A DNA stretch of 63,212 bases, filler included, from Kipferlia bialata (Eukaryota), in NCBI GenBank assembly GCA_003568945.1. It is 6 parts of 6 records of this genome, joined end to end, with 100 filler letters (N's around TTAATTAATTAA, not from the genome) between each part and the next. Parts side by side here need not be neighbours in the genome. Positions count along the whole stretch, not along the records: positions 1 to 12,952 come from BDIP01001008.1; positions 13,053 to 25,985 come from BDIP01001009.1; 4 more parts are not named here. One strand, 5' to 3'. Under the pieces are notes generated by a model, which saw only the letters and a program-made list of their open reading frames with translations, ran no database searches and had not been told where the DNA came from. A program made the position numbers and the translations under genes. Below are positions 1 through 14,058 of the stretch, piece by piece (position 1 is the stretch's first letter; each line of letters starts with the position of its first letter).

Positions 1-712
1 AGGAATCGGACAAAAACCGGAATATTCCGAATGATTGTTTCAGCCCCCAACGCAATCTATTTTCGGAAAATAATTTTCCTGAGATCTAGTCTACAAACTA
101 CAAGTGAGAGTGTTTGACATAGAACTTTTGTGATACTCCGTGAAAACAATTCACTGTGATACAGATGGATATCAGTGTCTTTTGATTTCGAATGCATATG
201 GGAGATATCATATATATTGGAGCCTGCCACCCCTGTCTGGGGCATCCAAGCACCAGTCTAAAGAGTGTCTCCTTGGCTTCCCTTCACGAGATGGGGTTCG
301 TGTTCTCAGTAGCGGCTTTCATAGCTGAGGAAACCTTTCAGAAGGAGCACGCCTATCTCGCTGTCTGACTCTGGCCCTACTAGATATGGTTTGACTCTGT
401 CTTTGTGTCATGTTGTTCGTCAGACTCTGACTGATTCTGGGAACGACATGCACCACTCAGGATTGGTGTGAATTGTGCTTCAGTTGTACAATACTAGTAC
501 TCAGTACAACCCAGTGATTGGACCCCAAATCACTATGAGACAGTGTAATTGTGTCATGTGATATATAATACATCTATTGAAATATGGAGGTTACCAACCG
601 CTACTGCCAAGAGTCCAGTATGTTCAAGACACCATGAAGGCACAGAACAACAAAAAGCATCCTCCTTTTCCATCTCTGACCTCATCTCTCTCATACACAC
701 TACCTGTCTCCT

Positions 713-3700
713 TTACTGCACAATGTCACAGACAGAGTGCACTATCTGAGGCAGGGGGTGCACTGAGTTGGGGTTGGTGTCTGCCTCTCCTACCTCTCTG
801 TCAGTGTCTGTGACACAGAGGGTGTCAAGGGAACGGCCAGCCTTCTGGAGCCTCTGAGAGTGAGACAAATAACAAGAACAATAATACACATACACATTAA
901 GTAATGACATTGTTTATGGAGAGTGAATATATGTATATACTTGGGTTTTACCTGTGCAATGACTATTGAGGGTATAGTGTATATATATACATAATTGCTA
1001 TACCTGTGCAAACACTGTAGCCCCCAGTGATGTGATGCCATTGTCTGTGATGTCTATGGATGTGACAGAGGGTGCAAGGCAGAGGAGGGAGGGGAGGTGG
1101 AGGAGGCCGGTGTTGCCAAGGCTGAAAGATCAGATATCCAGAGTAGATACGAAAGCAATACATATTTGCGGCATTGCTGCATACAGTACATTGTACTACT
1201 TGTGATACATATATACATAGATACATACCTGTTACTGCTGAGGTTGAGTGATGTGACATGGGTCAGGTCAGCCCAAGGGGTGGAAGCCTCGGGGCCTAGT
1301 GGGTAAGAATAATTGGTACTGCGTTGGATATGTAATCAAGCCAAATAGACTGAGTATATATGAATATATACTCCCATACCTCCCAGAGCAGCAGGGTACA
1401 CAGACCCGAGCCCCACCCCACTGAGGTCTAGGGTGGAGGACTCATCAGACACGCAGTTGGCCACTCTCTCTCTCACCTGAGTGATAAGAGAAACTCAAAT
1501 AATATAGTGCCATGAGTATGTGCATGTACATATTGATGAAGAGACCACGAACCTTAGCAGCGAGGTCCTCGCAGAATATCCCGTCAGAGTCATATGTACA
1601 TACACATATATATTATGATAGAGAGAACACTAACCTTAGCAGCGAGGTCCTCGCACAATATCCCGTCAGAGGGAATGAAAACAATATAATACACAAAGAG
1701 TATGAGTAAGTATAAACTGATGAGAACACTGACCTTTGCAGCGAGGCCATGGCAGAATATCCCGTCAGAGATGGAGTGGGATGGACATATGGGAGAGTCC
1801 TGCTCAGCTGCCTGTCTCTCTCTCTCTCTCTCAGCCTCAGCCTCAGCCTCTGCCAGTCTCGCCTTCTCTCTCTCTGCCTCCTTCTCATCTAGTCTCTTCT
1901 TGTAGATCTCAGTCAGCTAAGCTTCAGTTTATAGTTACATTGGCAATATAATAATTAATACCAAAGATTACCTTGGAATATGAGTACGCTGTTGTAAAAC
2001 TAATGTCGAAATACATACTGGACCCAAAAAGAGTACGTGGAAGTAGTGGCACTATAGTGAACATACCCAGTAGACTATCAAGGATGAGAGTATCACAATA
2101 CTCAAACTTATATATATATTTAATATATACACATTAACACATATAGTATACCTCGAACAGAAATGGTATGGATATAGATATATGTTACCTCGCTTAGTCT
2201 CAGAAGGGCCTCGCTGGCTTGTCTGTTGCTCTCCTTCTGAAGTTAAGTATATAATATGGATTTCCAACTCCCACTCAATTCCGTTGAGGATGAGATGCCA
2301 ATAGTAATATAATAATGTAATATAATCCCACTCCCATTAATGACTGTGGACGACAATGAATAATGATATTCCAAACATATGTGAAACCTACCTCATACTG
2401 GTTTGGCCTCCAGTTTGGCCTGTGAGGGTCCAGGACTAGGCGGTTTCCACGCAGGGCGCACCTCTAGTGTAAGAACCAACAGGCTTACTCTCAAGGTAGT
2501 AGTATATAGAGAATCAATGAGATGCCTAACAAAATACATGCAAATCGGCAGTAAAATATGGAGTATGTACATTCACTCTCACCTGCTTCATGCCGAAGAC
2601 GATGCCGCTGAACTTCTTGTACCCCTCCTCCGTCACCCTGTCCTCCTTCAGTGCAAGGACAGCTAGGGGTGAGGTGGGTTACAAGAGAAAAGGCTTATAT
2701 ATGGAAGTGTAACAAGAGGTCGAGTGATGGTAAGGTAGTCAATAGACAAATATGTGTACAGGACGCAGTGAGCAATGAGTTATTGTAACCTTGTTCTACA
2801 GATACATACCTTCAAACATCTCTGCAGCCTCAAGGGCAGAGGGCCTCTCGGTCTTGGTGTGCTAGTGTAAGAGTACGGAGTGAAAGACCCTTGTATTTAC
2901 ACAAACTAATATCTATCCATATACATGGAGGAATATATTTGAGTGTGCAGAGAAGTGTGTTATCCTTTAGCTCAACATTCACTGATTCAGCACTGGTGGA
3001 ATGCTCTATATATAGAGTATGTGACTGGTAATGATGAGTTGCCTACCTGAAGTGTAAGGTGCACTATCTGGGCCAGTCCTGGGACACCTAGGCTTAGACA
3101 TTGAATAATAGTTGTGAATGTTTGTGTTCTACAATACTGAGTGTCCAACAGAGGCATATATATATGTCATTTGAGATGGGTGCCTAACAATGATGGGAAC
3201 ACATGTGAGTCGTGATGGACTTAACAACCTATACATGTACTATCGCAATATGTTTATAATACCTGTGGTCTCGTCCGACATGCACTGGATGTGCTGGCGG
3301 TCAAGGGCGGCACTGAGGTGAGGACCTACGAATACAATACATAAATAATAATATATATGACTGATCTCCAAAAGACAACAGATTATACAAGAGGATGCAA
3401 ATACACGAGGGCCAAGGGCGGCACAGAGGTGAGGGCTATATATATACTAGAGGATTCATAGTCAAGAGGATAACCCTTCATACCTATAGTCACTCGTGCT
3501 CCTCTCTGTCGTGTGGACAGGGTGGCGACCGGCAAGGTACTGTGGGTGAGGGATGGGACAAAAACTATAAAATTGAACACCAAGAAACAATAGAAGTGAT
3601 ACATGTATAGCGGTTGAAATACATCGTACTGATATATCTGGGGTTTGGGATATAGTAGTCGCTTATACTTCAGGTTACCTCGTAGCAGATGACCCCAGTA

Positions 3701-6700
3701 GCAAACACATCGACCTCTGGTCCGTTGTCCTTCTGAGAGTGAGTCACATTCATTTCTACATCCTATGTCAGTATCTCTATCTACATCAGTACAAGTCACT
3801 GACAGACAGGATGATGAGTGACTAAGCTAATGAATATATAACTTGAATTACGTCATGATTTGTACTTAAACCAAAATGTCAGAGTTAGCATATGCAGTGA
3901 GTCAATGCATCCTGCTCTCTCTATCTGATTCTATACATACAGACTTCGACATACCACTCGTTCTCCATATAACTCTTTATATATCCACTTATATCCACTA
4001 TATATACATATGTATATATATGTCTACATATAGCCAATCACTTCAGGTCCATATCTATATATATCTATACATATGTACTTCTTTATATATATATCAAATG
4101 TATGCTTCCAATCACCTCAGGTCCATATCTATACATATACACTTATATTTGTATATATATATAAATATGTCTACGTATAGCCAATCACCTCAGGTCCATA
4201 TCTATATATATCTATACCTATATACTTCTCTATATATATATACAAATGTATGTTTCCAATCACCTCAGGTCCATATCTATGTACATCTATATATATACTT
4301 ATACATATATATATACATACATATTTCTACGTATAGCCACTCACCTCAGGTCCATATCTATATGTCTATATCTATCTATATATATATACTTCTATATATA
4401 TACACATGTATGTTTCCACTCACCTCAGGTGGTCTGGACAGGGGTGATACATACAACTCTTTCTCCATATATCTCTATATATACTATATATATCCATGTC
4501 TGTGTGTCTATGTATAGCCACTCACACATCTTTCTACATGTATGAATGTCTGTGTGTCTACTATAGATACTATACCTCAGGTGGTCTGGACAGGGGTGTA
4601 CCCCTGGCATAGGAGGAGTGTAGGTCCTGGATGAGATATAGACCATAAACGTACAGTGGGATATAGACCATTCATGATGGAAAGCAATAGAGAGAGATGT
4701 ACCATATATCCTGTAATGTTTATGTGTGTAATACATTCCGGCTTTGGGGGGTATGGGCATGGCCATAATAGTAGAAGATATATATATGCATATTTATTTA
4801 TATAGTACTCTGTGTACATACCCGCTTTTACACTCTATATGTGTATATCTACATATACAATATAGTAAATATCCTATATACACACCTGCTTTGGGGGTAT
4901 GGGCATGGCCAGCCCCATGTCTATGAGGGTGACCAGCCACTGGCCATCGACCACAGACACCATGATATTGGCACCCTGGGGTCAGGGCATATTATTCATT
5001 CGTATCCCACTTCTATATTAGTGGCAATAGACCACATACACTATGTATGTACCCTGTGGCTTGTGAGAAAATATCCCATTGTAATCGATGTGTACTAGTC
5101 TTACCTTGAGGTCTCTGTGGACCACTCCCTCGTCGTGCATATACACCACAGCCCACATCAGCTGGGGGGTCAGTAGGGCAAGAGACATACTATTACCATA
5201 TACATTCACTGACATTCTTTAGATGTATACAGTATATATTGCATGTAAGTCTATGTGTATACCTGCATCAGCGAATCACAAAGTGTGATGGGATACATAC
5301 TGACTAGAGTACATAGAGCACATTTCTAAACAGATGGTGACAGTACTTATGTCTTCACCTGTAATAGCTGTGGAATCACAAAGTGGGTAGGTATGGCCCA
5401 CTTGGCCCCATGGGCCTGGATCTCCTGGGCCTTGGCAATGATATCCGACTATAGGGTTAGGAGTCTCTACTTTATATAACAACACAAGATAGTGCACTCT
5501 ATATACATATTTGCACACACATGGTTCAGTATTACACACGTGCCTATACATAGTGTAGATATAACCATAACACAAAAGACAAATTTTGGTGTTTGAATAC
5601 TTGTGCCTTCTGTGGGTATATTAATATATGTATATATATATATATATATATACACACCTGTGCCTTTGCTACTTTGTCCTTGTAGCTCTTCTCCATGGCA
5701 GGGGTCCACTTGTTATCACTTATGGTCTTGTTCCTCTTGGCCAGCCACTCCTGCTGCTGGTAACCTAGGGTGAGCAGAAACACGTGTGATATTTGTACCT
5801 CTCCATCTCATTCCTCCTTCGGCCAGAACTGTCACCTAATATATGTATATATATATATGTATCCTGCATATTCCAGTATATGTTGAAAGTATATACACTT
5901 TTTATCATACCTCCCTTGGCCCATGCAGCCACTCTCATCACATCCTCGAGGGTATCAACATCTGTAAGAGGAGTCTTGCTCCTAAGTCCAACCTTCCTAC
6001 TATGAAGGGCAGGTCACATACACAGAAACAGCCATCTAAATAGAAAGGCATTGAAGGTTACTCATAATAAAGTACTGATACAAACATGCGCATTAATAGA
6101 GGCGTACTATATATATTCTCAGTTGTATCATAATACAACATATATGTACAACTATCCCATACCTGCCCTCCATGATGTGCACCATGTCACCCAATGAAAC
6201 GAAACACATATATATTAATATATAGATACATATGTATATATGTAATAGAGTTGTAACACCTACCTGCCCTCCATGATGTGCACCATGTCACACCCGTCAA
6301 TGACATCAAACACCATGGCCAGTCTCTGCAGATCAGTGACATGTGTGTAGAATTAAGAGAATACCACATTATAAAGAATATACAACTAATACTATATGTA
6401 CACACGATCCATGCCTAGTCTCTGGAGATAAGTGGCATACGCCATAGAATACCATATATATAGATATACATATAGAAAAATAAAGAGCAGAAAACGGTGA
6501 GTAAACTATATACTCAATTATTATCATTAGATCTAATATATACAATACCATAAATACAAAGTCATGATGTTTTGTTAATATATACATACGCACCGTCTCC
6601 CCCGCCAGACTGAGACTGGCAGAGAGGTCGCCACACTCTGTGATGTCTAGGAAGGCATCAACCAGTCTGAGAATGAGCAAGACATAACCGCATGAATATG

Positions 6701-7002
6701 AACTGAAGAGCATCACATAATATGCAAGCAGACATGAGAAGGATAGATAGTGACATACCCTTGTCCCATATACATATAGTAGGGTATGAGGAGGAACGGG
6801 GATCGAGAGGGGGGGGGGGCGGAAGGTGATTGGAATTGGGAAGGTACAATACCATTTACCTCACGCATGGTTGCTCATCAAACATACAAAATTGAAACTG
6901 AAGAAGAGAGAGAGAGATAGGACTATCAATTACCTCACACATGGGTTGCGCATCTTCTTCTTGGTGGCCCAGCAGTCCATGCGGCGCAGCATGGCAATCT
7001 CC
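713..7002 (-). CDS. Multi-exon Ser/Thr protein kinase with C-terminal leucine-rich repeats (5' end lost at the gap)
   Basis: Spliced exons give EIAMLRRM (subdomain III), YMHDEGVVHRDLK|GANIMV (VIb), LIDMGLA (VII), GTPLSRPPE (VIII), DVFATGVICYE (IX) and RPSA (XI). A charged linker follows, then LRR-like STLDLSG, VTSLNLSSN, VTSIDITDNGI. Stop at 713-715. Confidence 0.85.
1551..1770 (-). repeat. Exon-end plus donor echo cluster (2 intronic copies) in the kinase gene
   Basis: Real SDGIFCHGLAAK|gt; copies read SDGILCEDLAAK|gt and SDGIFCEDLAAK|gt. Confidence 0.85.
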
Positions 7003-7379
7003 CTGAAGATAAGGGTCATATATACTCTATATATATATATATATACATATATAGAGAGAGAGGGAGAGAGAGAGATGGTGGCCCAGTAGTTCATGCGGAG
7101 CAGCATGACAATCTCTCTAGATGTAAGTGGGTGATACAGAGAGAGAGAGAGACATACTGTAATATGGCAATCTCCCTAGATGTAAGGGGGAGAGAGGGAA
7201 TGGGGGGAAGTGTGGGAGAGGGGGGAGAGGCGCAAGAGGACAATCTCTAGAGGTAACGGAAATCTATCAATAATAGTACTACCTATATGTAGAGAGAGAG
7301 AGATTGGTGACTGGGAAGGAAGGGAGAGTGGAGACCCCACCGTGGGGTGAGGGAGAGAGGGAAGGTGATACTGATATAT

Positions 7380-7412
<33 letters not shown>

Positions 7413-7421
7413 GGGGGGAAG

Positions 7422-7562
7422 NNNNNNNNNNNNNNNNNNNNNNNNNNNNNNNNNNNNNNNNNNNNNNNNNNNNNNNNNNNNNNNNNNNNNNNNNNNNNNN
7501 NNNNNNNNNNNNNNNNNNNNNNNNNNNNNNNNNNNNNNNNNNNNNNNNNNNNNNNNNNNNNN
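7422..7562. other. Scaffold gap flanked by G and C homopolymers
   Basis: N run preceded by a long G tract and followed shortly by a C tract. Confidence 0.95.
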
Positions 7563-7979
7563 AGTGAGGTTAGTAGTTTGAGTAGTCGTATTGGAATCTC
7601 CCCCCCCCCCCCCCCCCCCCCCCGCCGACCACGAATGGCAATTCTTGGTGTTCACTCTTAGTCCTATTCTCCACCCTCTCTCCCCCATACTATCTCTCTC
7701 TGTCTGACACCTTAGAAGGGAGTCAGACTGGGTCCCTTCAAGCACAGGACCGAGGATGGTACTGGGAAGTTGTCTTGTGAGCATGAAGAGGATTGCCCTC
7801 TGCTTTGGAATGGTTAGTGTTATGAATTCATTTTCGACTCTACCACTGTCTCGTAGGCATATGCGCCTTCTTATGAAACACTTCCCGCATCAGCTGGATC
7901 GATACCTCTCCACCTATATCATATTTATACACAGAGTCGCAATACCCTCTCCTGACCTTCAGCCTCCTCCAGTCTCGTT

Positions 7980-8981
7980 GTGGCTGATGGCGTCGAGCTT
8001 TCGGCGCTCACCGCAACACTGAATCTACATATTCCGGATTACAGTTTAGTAGGAGTTGTGAGCGCCGGCGTGTTCCTGTTCTACAGCGTTGAGGAGGGCA
8101 ACCTTCCCATAGTGTCCTCCCCCAGTTTCACCATGGACAAGGATACCTGGGATGACATAGAGACCACAGTGGTGCCCCTACCCCCAGTGGGGTCGGAAGA
8201 AGAAGAGTGGAGCCCGAGCGAGGTGGTGGTGGATGCTGGCGTGGCCTACTTCAATATGGACAGGGGTACAGTACCGACGTGTGATTCGGCGCTCTTTGCG
8301 CTTTGCCTCGACACCCACGACTGGGCGGAACTCCCACCTGGTCCTTATGGGAGGAGGGTTCTGGGGTATCACATGACTCGGTCACGCCTCTTCATCCTCG
8401 ATGGAGACCTCTTTGATATGAGGACCTCAGAGACGCCCAGACCCTTGCTATTACGACACTTTGAACGTATGGGCAATCCCGATAGTGACCAGACTCCACT
8501 TATGTGCCATCGCTACTCCGGGGAGCGCAATGAGTGGACGGACACGCAGTTTCCCAGTGACGTCAAGGTGAAGGATGTGTCTTATGCGCCGGTGGTGGTA
8601 CATGGGGTTGCGTACCTCTTTACCACAGATGACAGACTGCTGTCGTACTCACCATCCAAGGGCTGGGAGATGGCCTCTGTGGACTGGAAGGGAAGGCCAC
8701 CTACGTCCGGGTATGGTGCCACGCTTGTGGGTGTCGGCAGATACCTGGTAGGGATCACAGGTGAATATGACAACTCTTTTGGGACCGAGATATTCTGCTA
8801 TGACACAGTATCTGGGGAAGTATTTCACCGCTTGCTTCTTCCCTTCGTGATGGACACACGGGTTACTCTTCTACCGCCCTATGAGGGTGTCTTCTCGGCG
8901 CATATGGAGAATGAAGACAGGGACTCTGTTTGCAGGATCCTGTTTGACATTCCCATGGGATCAGATGCTCCAATGGTATAG
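7980..8981 (+). CDS. Kelch-type beta-propeller-like protein (one long exon; start uncertain)
   Basis: 333-aa ORF with propeller-blade motifs VVVDAGVAYF...LCLDTHDW, RYSGERNEW, VVVHGVAYLF, GVGRYLVG, CYDTVSGE. A possible acceptor ctgaccttcag lies at about 7952-7962. Confidence 0.65.
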   Translation: MADGVELSALTATLNLHIPDYSLVGVVSAGVFLFYSVEEGNLPIVSSPSFTMDKDTWDDIETTVVPLPPVGSEEEEWSPSEVVVDAGVAYFNMDRGTVPTCDSALFALCLDTHDWAELPPGPYGRRVLGYHMTRSRLFILDGDLFDMRTSETPRPLLLRHFERMGNPDSDQTPLMCHRYSGERNEWTDTQFPSDVKVKDVSYAPVVVHGVAYLFTTDDRLLSYSPSKGWEMASVDWKGRPPTSGYGATLVGVGRYLVGITGEYDNSFGTEIFCYDTVSGEVFHRLLLPFVMDTRVTLLPPYEGVFSAHMENEDRDSVCRILFDIPMGSDAPMV

Positions 8982-9400
8982 ATAATTTGTTTTAGGTTTC
9001 AGTTGTCACAAGTTCAAAGAATGAGAAAGAGAGAATATAAGAAGTCGTGTTAAGTTAGCACTGCTAACCCAGTACTCTCTATTGTGTGATCTGGTCCCAA
9101 GACGAGTTCAATTCCATTTGGTTTCCACAGCTGGACACTAGATACCCAAGACATCCCAACTCTGTGGCTTAACTCCTGATCTTTGAGTCACTGCTGTACT
9201 TGTCATTCAATCCCTTAATCTCTGTCCATTCGACAGAGAACACTCTCTCTCGACCTCCATATAGCCACTTAGGGCTCAACAGTTCTGAGAGTAGCTCAGA
9301 CAATTCAAGAAGCCATCTCTTTTGGAAGTGGAGACTCTCTACAGGAGGATGACCCCGTAACGTATCTCATCCCTCTTGCAAAAATCAGACTCTATTAGTC

Positions 9401-12400
9401 ATGGCTGAGCAGCAGGAAGAAGTACGTGACCACTGGTCACTGCCCAGTGTTGTATTCAGTAATTCCATTTGTATTTCAAGCTATTGGCAGTATTTCCGCT
9501 GGCATTGTCTACTTGTCATTACCTATATGTTCCCGTCCTCTGCCACTGATACTCAGAGTGCCATGAGTCGGCTTGTTGGTGCTGTCTACCCAATATACTC
9601 TAGGTTGAACCGGGAGCTCCACCGGGCGGTAGAGGAGGCTGTGAGCTGTTTACCCCCCTTTACCTCGGAGACACAAGTGTATTCGGTACCAGAGGTAATA
9701 GGTAATTAGGCTAATTTCTAACAAGCATATGGGAGTATAGTTGTATTGGGTTGAAATAGTTATGTGTACGTATTGTATGTGTATGTAATACGATGACCTA
9801 ACCATGGTCCCCCTGTATAGCTACTGTCATGATCAGAGTGACAGCCACCCCCTCACTCACCCCAAGTCATACATAGCGGCAGCAACTACCCTCTTCCAAG
9901 ACCCCAGTGTAGAGCTGAGTCACTTCTGTGACACTCTCCGCAGTTTCCCCAGGGGATGGGGGGACAGATACTTCCATAGAGGTAAGTATTCTGTAGTGTA
10001 TGGTATACGTGTTAACCCCCTTCACCCTCGAATTACTGATGCAAATACCGGTGACCAAATACGTGAGGCTCTCTTTGGTTCCTTACCCTCAGGCTCTCTC
10101 GGTATGGGCCACACCACCCTAGCCCTGGGGTCAGTGCTGTACATGCTGGACCAGAGGGTGAGGGGGGTATCGTCCTCTGGAGACATGGGGCAGATGCCCA
10201 TCCCTATCTACATATGCCCTCTAGCGACAGAGGATGTGGATGCTTCAGATCCAGTCACCAAGGCATTTGCAGGATTTGGCACACTTGTGGACGACTTCGT
10301 CAGGACACAAGGCTTTACGTGGTACTCTGGTGCCTGGAGGAGTGTTTTGAGACCTTTTGGTGTTGCATCTCTACAACTTGTTCTCTTTCTGAGAGAAATT
10401 TGCAAAAACGTCTCGTGCTTGAGAGACCTGGAGATTCTAAGTGGCAGACTCTTGCAGGGGCACGACAGAATCATTGCGCATCTGAATCGTTCGCGTAGGG
10501 AAGTCATAAGCACTGAGGAGCAGTTTAGAAGCGGCAGTCTAGCGTATAGTGGAGCCGTTCGAGATGCACAGCAATGCACCTATGGATATCTAGATGCATT
10601 GAAGTATGCGCACACCCACCCAGGTATATCAACCCGACTCGTGTTCAAGCATAATGTTAATACTGCAATAGTCACGATCATTGTATTTGTGGTCAAATAC
10701 ACACCGTATTTTTGACCACCAACTCTATGTACCAGTTGATACTCTCTCGGAGTCAGCCGTACATACACGTGAGTGGTATCAGTGTATTCATTGACAATCA
10801 CTAACATCTAGGATAGGATAGCTGTCATAACGCTACATACTCAGCGCCAGATATAGTGTCTCACCATCAGGTCAGTTCTCATGGTTCATTGACCTTGGCC
10901 AGATCCAAGGCAATGCACAGCGCAACAGTCTTGCGGCAACATGGTGCTATGGCCTTACTTCCTTTCGAGCTGCCATTCATTCCCTTTGTGAGAGCACCAG
11001 CCCGATTCACGCACCTCTGAATCTCATTGACCCATTCCACAAGACCCCACAGAGCTATGAAACTAGCTATGTTTACTACCGGCAGACAGTGCACCGCAGT
11101 GGTGCTGGAGGGGGAGTGCGACCGATCACTACCCTCTTGGACTGTTTCAGTAGGACAGAGTCGGACGGAGTTCCCTCTGCGTTCTGTGCCAGAGGCCTCT
11201 GGCTCTCTCGGTACCTGAACTACACTGCAAACACACCCAGTGTCCTATCCTCAATCATCCGGTCTATGTGCCAAGAGTGGCTGACGCGTACACGCCCTGC
11301 TATTAGCAGGGCCCCTGCTCACTGTGAGATCGCTGTATTCTACAACATGCTGGTGAGACCCTCTACCGTCCCTGATATTAACAGGAGAGGCGACCAAGCC
11401 ACGCATCGTACTTGGGCTAACCATGCCCTAGACAACTATCCCGCAAGGTTGGTTCTTTTGGGGGAGTATGGTACTCAGAGACCAATACACGTGGTAAGGG
11501 GCACCTGGGGACTGGGAGTGGAGACGGCTGACGGCAAGACAGTGAGTATTGAGAGTGCTCTCTCTGTGCAACTACCTCTACTTGGTGATGATCCACTGGC
11601 ACATCGTATTGCTCTGTCCATTCCAAAGAACAGATCGATCCTCAGTCATGCGCTAGACACCAGCAGGTACATTGATCGATAGATAACCATACAGCCGGTA
11701 GAGTCAGTATACTGAGCTCATAATGTCCCGTACTCTGTGACAGAGTCTGTCTCTATTGTGAGTAGCCAGGCCCCAAGATTAGATCTATACACTTCAAGGA
11801 CAAGACAGCATGTATTGCATAATCAATACAATTACTACTATTTTGACGCCCAGGTACTTGATGCCAGTTCAGGCAAGGGGTGCCAGTGGCGCAGTGGGGC
11901 CAGTACTTAGCCCGTGGTTTGGCCAAGACCTAGTGGGCCACTCCCTTATCCAGGCCACACACACCAGCACCGTTACAGAGAATGGTTCTGTGTTCCGAAT
12001 CTGGCCCTCTTCGAGACTTGAGAGAGTGCCGCCTCAGGACTATTGGGGAGCGGAGACATTCTGTGTGCCATTCCTTGCAGGGATCAGGTATTGCCGTAGC
12101 ACTGAGTGCTAAGCACTCTAAAAGTACGACTTCTAGTGGTCTGGAACATAATACCTCCTACTATTACGCTGACCTGTAGAAACATGCTGCGCCACATGAA
12201 GTACCCCGAGTCAGACATCAAGGTATAACAACAGTTCAAGGATGCAATTCCATCACCTAATACTATTGAGTTAATAGTACCACTGAGACTGGTACAGAGC
12301 CAGACATCAAGGTAAGGGGAGACTTCTATTTGGGAACTGTATGATGGAAATTCCATCACAGAATCCATCACTCACTGAAGACTTCAGAATAGGGTACTCT

Positions 12401-12930
12401 CTGACACATACACATACCGCTGCTCTTACCCCCAGGCAGTCACTGATCAGATTCCTGACTCATACACCCATGCCTACCTACCTCGGCTTGCATGCGACAG
12501 TGAGAGAGGAGGCCTAGAGGGGTGGTCCCTAGCCCCAGATGGTGTGACGATCACAGACCCCTTCAACAGTGATGTGGCATGTGTGGGTCTGATGTCTATG
12601 GGTCGCAATATGTTCAGAGGGGAGGGAGTGGAGGTGGGGGATGATGTGGTTCCAGTGGCATTTAGGAGAAGAGAAGTGGAAGGAGTAGTAGGGAGGACCA
12701 CATGTGGGTTGCTTGTGATGCACACCGACAACCAAGTGCTTAACACCCAACAAGCAAAGGTAGAACGCAAGGCGACCTTGGTCTATTATCGCCACACTCA
12801 ATTGGTAAGTGAGGCATATCCCAACGTACCATCCCTGGTCATGTTCTTTACGAGGAATGGAAGGGACAGTATCGTCACGGATGAGTTTGGAGGTAATCGC
12901 CCTAAGGCGATTTGCCCTAAGACGGTGTGA
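9401..12930 (+). CDS. Hypothetical multi-exon protein with long exons, no recognised family
   Basis: Long same-strand ORFs (9804-10715, about 10871-11665, 11853-12087, 12180-12222, 12436-12930), several joinable in frame by GT-AG introns (e.g. GIR|NMLRHMKYPESDIK|AVTDQIP). The 5' structure is uncertain. Confidence 0.5.
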
Positions 12931-12952
12931 AACGCTTCTGACGTTTGTTCCC

Positions 12953-13052
12953 NNNNNNNNNNNNNNNNNNNNNNNNNNNNNNNNNNNNNNNNNNNNTTAA
13001 TTAATTAANNNNNNNNNNNNNNNNNNNNNNNNNNNNNNNNNNNNNNNNNNNN
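12953..13052. other. Artificial scaffold-joining spacer N44-TTAATTAATTAA-N44
   Basis: The 12-mer has stops in all six frames. An identical 100-nt structure recurs five times. Confidence 0.97.
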
Positions 13053-13141
13053 GTAGCTAGTGCCTCCTGTCCCCCCCTTCCCCCCCCCCCCCCCTTCAAA
13101 GTCACACCCTTATGCATCTCTCTTTCATGTCTAATACACAG

Positions 13142-14014
13142 GCACCAACTTTGGTATCTGGGTCGACCTGGCCACAAGGGCAGTCACGTTCCAGAGGTAT
13201 GGGTACATAAAGTGTATATACTCTCTCTCTCTCTCGCTCTCTTCCACTCTCCACATATACATATACTCCCTCACTCTAGAACACTTGTGCTCACCCTTTC
13301 TCCACCTCTCTCCCTCTTTCTCTATGTATATCTGACTCTCAGGCGCACTGGTGCCCTTGGCCCCCAGGAGGCATTCTACTCATACAAGAAGGTACGGGCT
13401 CTCTCTCTATATATATCTATATATCTATATATAGAGTATAAATTCATGCATTCTTTCCCCCAGATGATCCGCTCCCTGACTGGCATTGCCCACCTCTCTC
13501 TCTCCCTCTCTCTCTCCCTATGTATATTTATATCTTATATCCAGATGATCCCCTCTCTGACTGGCATTGCCCAGACCATGGTGACTGTGATGGAGGAGAC
13601 AGGCACTCTGGCAGGTACTAAAACTATTAAAACAGTATATACTGTATACACAAACATATATTGACTTACCATTAGGCATCCTTGACCCCAACCAGGGCCA
13701 GGAGGGTCTCTCTCTCTCTCTCTCCCTCCCCCCCTCTCTCTCTCTATGTATATATATATACTATAAGTGAGAATGTATATATAGGCTATTGTGCTTACAC
13801 TAGGCATTCTGGATGCTAACCAGGGTCTTGACGGTGCCTCTGTCCTCATATTCGGGGAGTTCTACGGAGGTAGATACAGAGACCAGACTGCTGGCATGAT
13901 CATGGTGCAGGTGAGCGTCTCTATATATCACTATCTCTATATCGGATAATCATTAGCTCTTCTCCCCACGTATATATCTCATAGAATGTGTTACTATCTT
14001 TTCTCTCTCAACAT

Positions 14015-14058
<44 letters not shown>

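Noticed and set aside
18..79. Short palindromes at the scaffold start (cggaatattccg; ggaaaa-taa-ttttcc)
   Set aside because: Could be a repeat terminus, but there is no partner end, target-site duplication or transposase in the window.
3674..3740. Plus-strand peptide IDLWSV resembling kinase subdomain IX
   Set aside because: The minus strand gives DVFATGVICYE in frame with the rest of the kinase.
3876..4545. Long Y/I-rich ORFs here and many similar ORFs in the supplied track
   Set aside because: They are translations of (TA)n/(CT)n intronic microsatellites or antisense shadows of real exons.
12997..13008. Recurring palindrome TTAATTAATTAA (5 times)
   Set aside because: Always centred in identical N blocks between scaffolds of descending length. 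It is an artificial six-frame-stop linker, so gene neighbourhoods across it are meaningless.
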